From an uncultured Candidatus Saccharibacteria bacterium (GTDB lineage Bacteria; Patescibacteriota; Minisyncoccia; Phycocordibacterales; UBA9973), in contig CAYXTA010000001.1 in the NCBI GenBank assembly GCA_964468315.1, positions 193 to 64,192 on the forward strand: a stretch of 64,000 nt of DNA, read 5' to 3'. Positions within the stretch are counted from its first letter, which is position 1. Every line of letters starts with the position of its first letter. Positions 18,429 to 28,047 of the stretch are shown here, one piece after another. A program made the translations under genes and the position numbers. The notes below the pieces were generated by a model. It was not told the DNA's origin, ran no database searches, and saw only the letters and a list, made by a program, of their open reading frames with translations.

Positions 18429-19046
18429 ATGAACTTCAATTTACCCCAGCAGGCATATTTACACAGATTTATACCAAAGAATAAATTCTCTGATAAAACT
18501 GAAGTTAATACAAAGCTAAAAAAAGAATTTACAGATCAAATACAGAAAATAATTTGGGAATATAAATTAGCTCCTAGTACTGTTGGTATATCTGCCACCG
18601 AAAAAGTTGAAGAAATTCAAATATTTGAAATTCAATTAAAGGAAAAAATAATACCTAAAAATGTATTAAAAATTATAGACAAAGCTATCCCGTATCCTAT
18701 TTTATATGTTTTTAAATACGAAGGACATTATGCTTATGGTATTACCTTAAAAGAAGATAACTCTCAGAGATATTACTTCTCAGAATGGGATGAGAAAAAG
18801 GAATTTAATTTCTTTGGTATCGACCTGGAACACGTGTACCAAGGCTTAGTTACCAGTTTTATTGGTATTCGCCAGAAGGGTCAAGATTTTGCTACAATAG
18901 TAAATACAGATAAACAAATAGAATCCTTAGAAAAAGAGATCAATGCTCTGAAAAACAAGGTCAAAAATGAAAAGCAATTCAACAGAAAAGTAGAGTTAAA
19001 TAAGGTATTAGCAGAAAAAAAGAAGTCGCTCAAGTCTATATTATAA
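18429..19046 (+). CDS. small uncharacterised protein, DUF4391-like (tentative)
   Basis: 205 aa with C-terminal coiled coil. AIPYPILYVFKYEG resembles, from memory, the conserved YPI motif of the DUF4391 family, which co-occurs with SNF2 helicases and methyltransferases. Not verifiable here. Confidence 0.4.
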   Translation: MNFNLPQQAYLHRFIPKNKFSDKTEVNTKLKKEFTDQIQKIIWEYKLAPSTVGISATEKVEEIQIFEIQLKEKIIPKNVLKIIDKAIPYPILYVFKYEGHYAYGITLKEDNSQRYYFSEWDEKKEFNFFGIDLEHVYQGLVTSFIGIRQKGQDFATIVNTDKQIESLEKEINALKNKVKNEKQFNRKVELNKVLAEKKKSLKSIL

Positions 19047-19067
19047 ATTATCAATAACATCATTATT

Positions 19068-21005
19068 ATGAAAAAACTAGCAATGCAAACACCAGACCTT
19101 ACAGAAGGTAATATTACAAAGATAAAAGAACTATTTCCTAATGTAATTACTGAAAAGGAAGGTCCTGATGGTGTTATTGAAAAGGCCGTAGACTTTGAGC
19201 TTCTGAAGCAGATACTTTCAAAAGAGCTAGTGGAAGATGATAATGAGCGTTATCGCCTCGACTGGCCTGGTAAAAAAGCTTCACTTTTGAAAGCGAATAC
19301 CCCTATTACTAGCACACTTCGTCCAGACAGAGAAAGTAGTGTTAATTTTGATACAACTGAAAATGTGTTCATAGAAGGCGATAACTTTGAAGTTTTAAAA
19401 GTCCTCCAGGAGTCATATTTAGGAAAGATAAAAATGTGCTACATTGACCCCCCATACAATACGGGAACTGCAATGATTTATAGTAATGATTTCAGTAAAA
19501 CAGAAGAAGAATATGATGAAGAAATGGGTGCGGTTGATGAAGAAGGTATCAAAATGTTCAAGAATACTGACAGTAACGGTCGCTTTCATAGTGATTGGCT
19601 TAGTATGATGTATGAAAGGATTGTTGTAGCTAGAGATTTGTTAACAAATGATGGTTTTATGGCATTGGCTATTGATCATAATGAGTTACATAATTTAATA
19701 TCAATTTGTGATGAAATTTTTGGTGAAAATAATAGAGTGGGAGTAATCACTGTAGTACATAAACCAGAAGGAAGAAATCAAGAGAAGTTTTTTGGAACAA
19801 GTAATGAATTTATGCTTGTTTATTCAAAAAATAAAGATGAAGCAAATTTTAATGATGTTGTTTTAGATGATTCCCTTGCTGAGTTATTTGACTCAAACGA
19901 TGAAAGAGGAAAGTTTAAATTAAAGAATTTTATTAGATTGTCGGATGGTAAATATAGTTTGAGAGTTAATAAACCACATTTTTATTATCCTGTTTATGTT
20001 AATGGTGACTTTACAGAAATTTCACTAAGTCAAAAGGATGGATTTATCGCAGTCTATCCAATAACTCAGGCTGGGCAAGAGAGAACATGGAAAACTACAC
20101 CAGAAACATTAGTAGATAGATTTAATAAAGGTGATTTAATATTTACAAAAAATAAGGATAATGAGATAGAGCTTTTTGAGAAACTTAGAGAAAATCAAGT
20201 TATTAAAACACACTGGATTGATAAAAAATATCACGGTTATCATTTTGGTACAAAAATCATTGATTCACTATTGGGAGATAAAACATTTGATTTTCCAAAG
20301 TCATTATTTTTAATGAAGGATGTTTTAAAAATGATGGCATCAGGTGATGATATTATCTTAGATTTTTTTGCTGGATCAGGTACAACAGCACATGCTACTA
20401 TTCAGTTAAATGTAGAAGATGGCGAAAATAGAAAATTTATTATGGTTCAAATTCCAGAAAAAACAGAGAGTGATTCTGATGCATACAAAGCGGGTTATAA
20501 AACTATTTCAGAAATTAGTATGGAGCGTATACGTAGGGCAGGCAAAAAGATTGTAGAGGAAAATGCAGAAAAATTAAAAGAAAGAGAAACACCGTTAGAT
20601 ATTGGATTCCGTGTGTATAAGACTGATACAACAAACATGAAAGATGTTTACTATCATCCGTCTGCCGTCAACCAGGATGATTTGTTTAATCACGTTAGTA
20701 ATATAAAAAATGACAGAACACCAGAGGATTTGCTCACTCAGGTAATTCTTAACCTTGGGCTAACCTTAGACCTCCCAATAGAAAAGAAAAATATAAAAGG
20801 TAATGATGTTTATTTTGTCGCAGGTAATGCACTCGTTGCTTGTTTTGATGACAAGATTGATTTTGGGATCGTGGAAGAAATAGCAAAGTCTGAGCCGTTA
20901 AAAGTCGTATTCAAAGATGCAAGCTTTAAGGAAGAACAAGATAGAACAAATGTCGAAACAAAATTCAAGAGGTTGTCTCCGGAAACAATAATCACTGTAT
21001 TGTAA
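19068..21005 (+). CDS. Type III-like DNA methyltransferase (Mod; beta-class N6-adenine/N4-cytosine methyltransferase)
   Basis: CYIDPPYNTG (motif IV DPPY) lies N-terminal to ILDFFAGSGTTAHA (motif I FxGxG). This order is the beta-class permutation typical of Type III Mod. Confidence 0.85.
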   Translation: MKKLAMQTPDLTEGNITKIKELFPNVITEKEGPDGVIEKAVDFELLKQILSKELVEDDNERYRLDWPGKKASLLKANTPITSTLRPDRESSVNFDTTENVFIEGDNFEVLKVLQESYLGKIKMCYIDPPYNTGTAMIYSNDFSKTEEEYDEEMGAVDEEGIKMFKNTDSNGRFHSDWLSMMYERIVVARDLLTNDGFMALAIDHNELHNLISICDEIFGENNRVGVITVVHKPEGRNQEKFFGTSNEFMLVYSKNKDEANFNDVVLDDSLAELFDSNDERGKFKLKNFIRLSDGKYSLRVNKPHFYYPVYVNGDFTEISLSQKDGFIAVYPITQAGQERTWKTTPETLVDRFNKGDLIFTKNKDNEIELFEKLRENQVIKTHWIDKKYHGYHFGTKIIDSLLGDKTFDFPKSLFLMKDVLKMMASGDDIILDFFAGSGTTAHATIQLNVEDGENRKFIMVQIPEKTESDSDAYKAGYKTISEISMERIRRAGKKIVEENAEKLKERETPLDIGFRVYKTDTTNMKDVYYHPSAVNQDDLFNHVSNIKNDRTPEDLLTQVILNLGLTLDLPIEKKNIKGNDVYFVAGNALVACFDDKIDFGIVEEIAKSEPLKVVFKDASFKEEQDRTNVETKFKRLSPETIITVL

Positions 21006-21012
21006 TATTTAT

Positions 21013-24000
21013 ATGAAATTACAGTTTAAACAGCAACAATATCAAGCAGATGCCACAAATGCAGTGGTGCGGGTTTTTGATGGTCAAGAAAAAGGGGTTA
21101 GGAAGGAAGTGGTGGGAAGAGTTAAAGCAAATGATTTGTTTCAGAAGACTATGGTAGAAGAAATTTTTTCAAATAAAAAACTTGATATTGATGAAAAACA
21201 AATACTTACTAATGTGCAAGAACTCCAAAAAGAACAAGGAATAAAAGTTGGTAAAAAATTAGAGGGTTTAAATTTTACCGTAGAAATGGAAACAGGTACT
21301 GGTAAGACGTATGTTTACACCAAAACAATGTTTGAGCTAAATAAAGAGTATGGCTGGAATAAGTTCATAATTATGGTCCCCTCTGTTGCTATTCGTGAAG
21401 GAGTGAATAAGTCCATGGAAATAACGGCAGATCATTTTCAGGAAATATATGGTAAAAAAATAAGATTCTTTATTTATGATACAAAGAATAAGACAAATCT
21501 AACTAATATAAAATCTTTTGCAAATACATCGAATATTGAAGTGATAATAATGAATTATCAAGCTTTCGGACGAACAAGTAAAGATGCCTTGAAAATGTTC
21601 CAAAAGCTTGATGAGATGCAGTCAGAAAAGCCTATTGATGTTATCAAGCGTGCCCGCCCAATATTGATTATCGATGAGCCACAACGTTTTGGTCAAACAG
21701 CACAATCAATGCTTCCTGAATTTAACCCACTTTTTATTACTCGATATTCTGCAACACATAAAGAGGATTACAATAAAATATATCGTCTTGATGCTATTGA
21801 TGCATACAACCAAAAACTAGTTAAAAAAATAAGAGTAAAAGGGATAGAAGTAAAAGGTAATTCTGGTACGAATAGTTACTTATTCCTAGATAGAATACAT
21901 GTAAGTAGTAATGCATACCCTACCGCTACTGTGCAGATGGAGATAGAAACAAAACAATCTGGTGGAATTAAGAAGACTTTAAAGAAAATTAAGGAGGGAG
22001 ATAATTTATTTGCTGTCTCTGGTGAATTGGCTCAATACGAAGGATATCTTGTAAAAGAAATTAATGCACGTACGAATACCGTTTCTTTTACCAATGGGAT
22101 TTCAATATCAGTCGGTCAAGTCCATGGAGATGTAGATGAGCTACACATACGAACAATTCAAATACGTGAAGCAATAGCATCACATATAGAAAAAGAAAGA
22201 GAACTCTATACCAAGGGAATTAAGGTCCTCACCTTATTCTTTATTGATGAGGTTGCAAAGTATCGTGCTTACGATGATAAAGGAAAACAAATACGCTCAG
22301 AGTATGAGGAAATATTTGAATATGAATACAAACAGGCCATATCACAAAGAGATTTGTTTAATGATGAATATTATAAATACCTAGATTCTTTTGATGTATC
22401 AAAGGTTCATAATGGATATTTTTCTGTTGACAATAAAGGGAGAGCAGTAAATTCTAAAGAAACTCGAGGTCAGGATGGTAGTGACGATGTAAATGCATAT
22501 GATCTTATTATGAAAAATAAGGAACAATTACTGAGCTTCAAAGAGCCGACTCGTTTTATTTTTTCTCACTCAGCACTTCGTGAAGGATGGGATAATCCAA
22601 ATATTTTTCAAATATGCACACTAAAGCATAGTGAATCTACAATAAGTAAACGTCAAGAAATAGGCCGTGGACTTCGTATTGCTGTAAATGATCAAGGAGA
22701 AAGAATGGATCATAGTGTTCTTGAGAATGAATTTTTTGATATCAATACATTGACTGTTATTGCAAGTGAATCATATGATACTTTTTCAAAGCAATTACAA
22801 GGCGAAATTTTAGACACATTATCTGATCGCCCAAGTAGCCTAGAAGTTGGTGTATTCAAAGACAGGATTCTAAAAAATAAAGACGGAGAGACTTTTGTTT
22901 TTGACGATAAACATACTATGGATTTAATATTTATGTTTAAGGAAAAGGGTTATGTTGATAGTGATTACAAAATTACAGAAAAACTAATAGAGGCTATTGA
23001 TTCAGATACAGTTGAAATACCTGTAGTTCTTGTAAATTTTAAAACAGAATTGGTAAATATGATTCAAAAAGTGCACGCAACAAATACCTTTAAATCTTCA
23101 GAAGATGATCGTGCTAATAATGTAAAAGTATCTATTTTAAAACCTAATGAAAACTTCTTCAAACAGGAGTTTAAGGATTTATGGAATAAGATAAAAATAA
23201 AGACAGTATATGATGTTTCTTTTGATGGTAAAGAACTAATTGAAAAAAGTATCAAAAGTATCGATGCTACGCTAGATGTAAATAAAGCTACTGTTAGAGT
23301 TACTATTGGTGAGCAAAAAGACAATATAACAGAAGAATTATTAAAAAGTGGTGAGTCTATTTCAAAAACAAGTAATCAAATAGAGAAAACTGAAAGTATT
23401 TTAGGTTCAATTAAATATGACATTATAGCTGAAGTCGCAAAGGGTGCAAATATAACAAGAAAAACATCAGGTGAGATTCTTGGTAAAATGAACAAAATCA
23501 AATTTGCTTTGTTCAAGGTGAATCCCGAGCATTTTATTCGTGAGGTTGTTCGTCATATTAATGAACAAAAAGCAGCAACTCTTATAAATAATATAACTTA
23601 CCACAAGCTCGACAGTGTATATGAAGATGACATTTTTACTGTAAATAATTTCCAAGGAGCACTTGATAATAATGTTCTAAAAGTAAACAAGCATATTTAT
23701 GAATACGTGAAGACTGATTCTAAAATAGAACGTAAATTTGCAGAAGAAATGGATCTCGAAGGTAGTAAAGTCCTTATATACGCAAAATTACCTAACGGCT
23801 TTAAGATTCCTACTCCAATAGGTAATTATAATCCGGACTGGGCTATTGTATTTGATAGTAAGGATATTAAATATATCTATTTCATCGCTGAAACAAAAGG
23901 TAGTATGAGTACACTACAACTAAAAGGATCTGAATTACAAAAAATAAATTATGCTAGAAAACATTTTGAAGCATTGTCGTGTGCTGATTTGAAATACGAT

Positions 24001-24045
24001 GTTGTAGATAGTTACGAGAGTTTAATGGAAAAAGTAATGAGGTAA
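21013..24045 (+). CDS. Type III restriction enzyme Res subunit (helicase-nuclease)
   Basis: METGTGKTYV (Walker A), ILIIDEPQRF (DEAH-like), FIFSHSALREGWDNPNIFQIC (helicase motif VI region), and a long C-terminal domain. About 1000 aa, as for Res. Confidence 0.85.
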   Translation: MKLQFKQQQYQADATNAVVRVFDGQEKGVRKEVVGRVKANDLFQKTMVEEIFSNKKLDIDEKQILTNVQELQKEQGIKVGKKLEGLNFTVEMETGTGKTYVYTKTMFELNKEYGWNKFIIMVPSVAIREGVNKSMEITADHFQEIYGKKIRFFIYDTKNKTNLTNIKSFANTSNIEVIIMNYQAFGRTSKDALKMFQKLDEMQSEKPIDVIKRARPILIIDEPQRFGQTAQSMLPEFNPLFITRYSATHKEDYNKIYRLDAIDAYNQKLVKKIRVKGIEVKGNSGTNSYLFLDRIHVSSNAYPTATVQMEIETKQSGGIKKTLKKIKEGDNLFAVSGELAQYEGYLVKEINARTNTVSFTNGISISVGQVHGDVDELHIRTIQIREAIASHIEKERELYTKGIKVLTLFFIDEVAKYRAYDDKGKQIRSEYEEIFEYEYKQAISQRDLFNDEYYKYLDSFDVSKVHNGYFSVDNKGRAVNSKETRGQDGSDDVNAYDLIMKNKEQLLSFKEPTRFIFSHSALREGWDNPNIFQICTLKHSESTISKRQEIGRGLRIAVNDQGERMDHSVLENEFFDINTLTVIASESYDTFSKQLQGEILDTLSDRPSSLEVGVFKDRILKNKDGETFVFDDKHTMDLIFMFKEKGYVDSDYKITEKLIEAIDSDTVEIPVVLVNFKTELVNMIQKVHATNTFKSSEDDRANNVKVSILKPNENFFKQEFKDLWNKIKIKTVYDVSFDGKELIEKSIKSIDATLDVNKATVRVTIGEQKDNITEELLKSGESISKTSNQIEKTESILGSIKYDIIAEVAKGANITRKTSGEILGKMNKIKFALFKVNPEHFIREVVRHINEQKAATLINNITYHKLDSVYEDDIFTVNNFQGALDNNVLKVNKHIYEYVKTDSKIERKFAEEMDLEGSKVLIYAKLPNGFKIPTPIGNYNPDWAIVFDSKDIKYIYFIAETKGSMSTLQLKGSELQKINYARKHFEALSCADLKYDVVDSYESLMEKVMR

Positions 24046-24059
24046 AAATTAAATAAATT

Positions 24060-25208
24060 ATGGTAGGAAAAAATAAAAAACTAAATAAAATTTTACCAGA
24101 TAATCTTAAAAAAGAAGAGGAACGTCCTAAATGGACAGATATGAATGATGTTCTTAAGGTCTATAAGTATTACAGTAAACAGTATAGTTGGATGCATCTT
24201 GTTGTTGCTCAGAATAAATTTTCAAAGAAAAAATATCTTCGTCTAAAAAAATATTTCAATTGGTTTGCCATTCCTGATGCTGGTTATTTGGCAGTACTTC
24301 AGAATATTTTAAAAAAGGGAGCTCAAGAGCTTGAGTGGAAATATAAAAATGATTTAGAAGTAAAACTTGAAGAAGTAACAGATAAAAAAGAAAAAAGGGA
24401 TATATTAAAATCAAATAAATCGAGTGGAATTCCAGAAGAAATACTTGAATTTATACAGAAATTTCCTGACTTTACAAAAAAACTTATTTCACTTGATTTA
24501 GAAAACAAGAAATTAGAAGAAATACTTGAAGTTATGAATATGACTGCTGATGCTATTTCTGTTTCTGGTGATCGTTTTCGAATAGCATTTCAGGAGTTGC
24601 TTGGAAAGATTTCTAAAGAAGAACCTAAAAGTATGATGGAATTATCTGATTTAATGGAAAAATATAATTTGAATCAACTTACTTCACTTTTAAATATAGT
24701 AAAATCACGACTACAAACCATTGAAACATTTGAGCAAATGATTCACAACGATAAAACTTATGAAATCAGAGGCGATAAATCTGTACATCGTGTATTAGAA
24801 AATAGTATGTGGCTAGTCGATGATAAATACTGGATTGTGTCTTCGAATAAATCTCTTCGTGATTTTATTGGTGTAGGTATGGAAAAAGAGGATAAAAAAT
24901 ATAAAAGCAAAAGACCTGATTTTGTTTGTGTAGATCATGATAATAAAATAATAATATTGGAAATTAAAAGACCTTCAGTCGAATTAAAAAAAGAAGAAAT
25001 AGATCAAGCTGTTTTATATTTACGAATGATAAAAAAATATCACTCACAGAAAAAACCAGTCGAAGTCTACTTAATAGGTAATACAATTTCAGAAGAAGCG
25101 AGAGATATAGCAGAACTAATGCCAACAATAAAATTACAAACATACCAGGAATTTTTAGAAAAATGTAGAGCCAGATATAAGCAATATTTAAATATAGTAG
25201 AAGTTTAA
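24060..25208 (+). CDS. hypothetical protein with C-terminal PD-(D/E)xK nuclease-like core
   Basis: RPDFVCVDHDNKIIILEIKRP gives PD-x13-ExK. N-terminal 250 aa unassigned. Confidence 0.4.
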   Translation: MVGKNKKLNKILPDNLKKEEERPKWTDMNDVLKVYKYYSKQYSWMHLVVAQNKFSKKKYLRLKKYFNWFAIPDAGYLAVLQNILKKGAQELEWKYKNDLEVKLEEVTDKKEKRDILKSNKSSGIPEEILEFIQKFPDFTKKLISLDLENKKLEEILEVMNMTADAISVSGDRFRIAFQELLGKISKEEPKSMMELSDLMEKYNLNQLTSLLNIVKSRLQTIETFEQMIHNDKTYEIRGDKSVHRVLENSMWLVDDKYWIVSSNKSLRDFIGVGMEKEDKKYKSKRPDFVCVDHDNKIIILEIKRPSVELKKEEIDQAVLYLRMIKKYHSQKKPVEVYLIGNTISEEARDIAELMPTIKLQTYQEFLEKCRARYKQYLNIVEV

Positions 25209-25212
25209 TTTT

Positions 25213-26718
25213 ATGAAATTAATTTCTAAATCAAAATTCTTAGACTATCTAACTTGCCCTAAAGATGCATGGTTTAGAATGCATAAGCCAGAATTGAAAG
25301 AATTTGAAATTTCTTCTGGGCTACAAAACACATTTGACCAAGGTTATGAAGCTGAAGAATATGCAAAACAATTAAAAGTATTTTCTGGATTTATAGAAGT
25401 CACAGCTAAAGGAGTTGATGTAAAAAAAGAAGTTGACTCATTAATAGAGAAAAAGGTTCCAGCCATTTATCAGCCGACATTTATTGCAGATGGATTTATT
25501 ATTCGTTGCGATATGCTCGTCTGGGATTCAGAATCTTCTAAATGGGATTTGTATGAAATAAAATCATCAACAAAAAGACATGATACAGGGGCTCGAGATC
25601 ATCTGTCTGATGCAGCTTTTCAGGCAATAGTTTTGGAACGCTATGGAATCTCGGTTGGTAAAATATTTATTGTTCATCTAAATAGTGAATATATAAAAAA
25701 TGGAGAAGTAGACATTGAAAATCTTTTTGTGCTAAATGATAGCACTTCTAAGGTTACAGCAAGAAGAGTTACCGTAGCTCCAGAAATGGAAGAAGCCAAA
25801 AAGTATCTTAATCAAGAAACTGAACCAAAGAATGGTTGCGATTGCATATATCGCGGTCGTAGTAGTCATTGTGCAACAACACACATTTCATACCCTAGTA
25901 TTCCTGAGTACTCTGTTCATGATCTTTCATACATTGGAAAGAGTCCTGATAAATTGAGAAGTTTAATAGAGAAAGGGATATATCACATACATGATATTGA
26001 AGATGCTTCTAATTTGACTGACAAGCAACAAAATCAAGTAATGGTGCATAAATCAGATACTGAAATGATAGACAAGGAAGAGATTGAGAATGTTCTGAAT
26101 AGCTATACCTACCCTTTATATTTCTTTGATTATGAGACTTATGCCCCAGCTATACCTATCTATGATGGGTTTTTCCCATATCAAAGAATTCCAATTCAGT
26201 TCTCTTTACATGTTATTGATAAAAAAGGTGGAGAAGTACGCCATGTGGAATATTTACAAACTGAAAATATAGATCCGTCGGAAACCGTGGCAAAAATGTT
26301 AAGTGAGAATATAGAACCAGAAGGAACAATTCTCGCATGGAATGTTGGTTTTGAAAAAAGTGTGACTACCGAACTTGCCTTACGGTTGCCAAAGTACAAG
26401 AATGTTTTAACTAGAATATGCGACCAAATGCAAGACTTAATGGATATATTTTCCAATCAACATTATGTACATAAAGGTTTTAAAGGTAGAGTAGCCATTG
26501 AACCAGTAATGAATACACTACTTCCTGAAATGACATATGACCACTTACCTTACACAGGAGCAGATGTTGGGTATGTATGGTGGAGTGATATAGTTAATGA
26601 AGGTAAAGAACCAAAAACAAGAGATGAAAAATTACATTTACTTTTGGAGTATTGTAAACAAGATACTTTTGTTATGGTGGAAATTTTCAGGATACTTAAT
26701 GAGATTATCAAGAAGTAA
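25213..26718 (+). CDS. RecB/Cas4-like PD-(D/E)xK nuclease fused to DEDD-like exonuclease domain (DUF2779-like, tentative)
   Basis: N-terminal C15 plus CDCx8C Cys cluster. DGFIIRCDM...LYEIK (D...ExK). YFFDYETYAP resembles exonuclease motif I; compare FVDIETTGL in the DnaQ-like ORF at 54715. Confidence 0.45.
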   Translation: MKLISKSKFLDYLTCPKDAWFRMHKPELKEFEISSGLQNTFDQGYEAEEYAKQLKVFSGFIEVTAKGVDVKKEVDSLIEKKVPAIYQPTFIADGFIIRCDMLVWDSESSKWDLYEIKSSTKRHDTGARDHLSDAAFQAIVLERYGISVGKIFIVHLNSEYIKNGEVDIENLFVLNDSTSKVTARRVTVAPEMEEAKKYLNQETEPKNGCDCIYRGRSSHCATTHISYPSIPEYSVHDLSYIGKSPDKLRSLIEKGIYHIHDIEDASNLTDKQQNQVMVHKSDTEMIDKEEIENVLNSYTYPLYFFDYETYAPAIPIYDGFFPYQRIPIQFSLHVIDKKGGEVRHVEYLQTENIDPSETVAKMLSENIEPEGTILAWNVGFEKSVTTELALRLPKYKNVLTRICDQMQDLMDIFSNQHYVHKGFKGRVAIEPVMNTLLPEMTYDHLPYTGADVGYVWWSDIVNEGKEPKTRDEKLHLLLEYCKQDTFVMVEIFRILNEIIKK

Positions 26719-26719
26719 T

Positions 26720-26851
26720 ATGGACGAAGAAACATTTGAAATAGCAAAAGAAAATGATTTAAGTCTTGAGGAAGCTGAAGAACTTCGGGACTTTGCTGAC
26801 GAGAATGACATTGAAGTAGATGATGCTTTAGAAATTTGGCAAGATTTATAA
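26720..26851 (+). CDS. small acidic protein (43 aa)
   Basis: MDEETFEIAKENDLSLEEAEELRDFADENDIEVDDALEIWQDL. Track ORF 26597.. overlaps the upstream gene; ATG 26720 follows its stop. Confidence 0.3.
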   Translation: MDEETFEIAKENDLSLEEAEELRDFADENDIEVDDALEIWQDL

Positions 26852-27118
26852 AAAGATGCTATAATATAAGTGTTACAGAAGTAACACTTAGTCTATGAGT
26901 TTATATAGACCATACGAGGTTCCCTTGAATGGGTAGGTGAATTGGGAAATCTGCGAGGATCCAAATACCTTATATGACTGATTGCCAAAGGCGGTTGGGA
27001 GATTTCATTAAGATTGTCGAATCTTGATCAAAACTCTTAGTCGCTTTTTTCTTTGCCTAGTCAGCAGATCAAAGCTCTCAGGGTATTATTAAATTAAAAA
27101 TAATAATATAATAAAAAT

Positions 27119-28000
27119 ATGATATACACAAATAAAATACAAAAAGCTATAGAACTCGCAATACAAACTCACGAGATAGATGATAAACAAAAAAGGAAAG
27201 GCAAAGATATACCGTACATTACGCACCCGCTTTCTGTAGGGCTTATACTCGCTACAGCAGGGGGTACAGAGGATGTGATAGTCGCTGGTATACTCCACGA
27301 TACTATTGAAGATAGTACAGTTGAAAAGAAAATCACAAAGGAAATGATTGCCGAGCAATTTGGTGATAATGTAATGCAATTAGTCCTAAGTGTTACAGAA
27401 CAAAATAAATCCTTGTCCTGGGAAGAAAGAAAAGCCGAAGCGCTTGAGCATATAAAAACATTTTCACACGATTCACTGCTATTAAAGTCTGCAGACATAA
27501 TTTCAAATACAACAGAACTTATTTCTGATTACCAAATAGAGAGAGAAGAAACTTTTGATAGGTTCAATGCCCCAAAAGAAAGAATTTTAAAAGGTTATAC
27601 TGATTCTATAAATGCTATCTTGTATAAATGGTCAGAGAGTCCTCTTGCTGAGGATCTAAAAAATGTATTAGGAGAAATAAAAAGTATGACAGAAAGTAAA
27701 GAAGAAGTTGAATTTTATCTAAATTCAGAAGAATTAAAAGAAAGGCGTATTGTGTACGTTGCTTGTGAAGATGAAGAGAATTGTGGTTTTATTGTGGAAT
27801 TCAAATTTCCTAATTGTACTTTTTTCTTCTGTAAAGAACACAAAATGGGATTTAATATTGATTTAAATACTGTTACTGATGATGGCGTTTTGTGTAAACA
27901 GCATAATGAAATGGAGCGCTACAATGTCTTGACAGAAGATAATGTTTGCCCAGTATGCGAAAAGAATACCCTTGCAATACTTTCTGCTAGAATTAACTAA
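27119..28000 (+). CDS. HD-domain phosphohydrolase, RelA/SpoT-type (p)ppGpp hydrolase-like (SAH) with C-terminal Cys-rich zinc ribbon
   Basis: YITHPLSVGLILATAGGTEDVIVAGILHDTIED (HD motif with the His-Asp pair). C-terminal CxxC...CPVC. Confidence 0.7.
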   Translation: MIYTNKIQKAIELAIQTHEIDDKQKRKGKDIPYITHPLSVGLILATAGGTEDVIVAGILHDTIEDSTVEKKITKEMIAEQFGDNVMQLVLSVTEQNKSLSWEERKAEALEHIKTFSHDSLLLKSADIISNTTELISDYQIEREETFDRFNAPKERILKGYTDSINAILYKWSESPLAEDLKNVLGEIKSMTESKEEVEFYLNSEELKERRIVYVACEDEENCGFIVEFKFPNCTFFFCKEHKMGFNIDLNTVTDDGVLCKQHNEMERYNVLTEDNVCPVCEKNTLAILSARIN

Positions 28001-28047
28001 AAAATTAAAAATTTGGCAGGATCTATAAAAAGGTCTATGATAGGGGT

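Noticed and set aside
26852-27118. Possible riboswitch or ncRNA in the 267-nt leader of the HD-domain gene (hairpins gtgttacagaagtaacac, gtctat..atagac)
   Set aside because: There are only short local hairpins and no recognisable riboswitch consensus. It is more simply a promoter/5'UTR.
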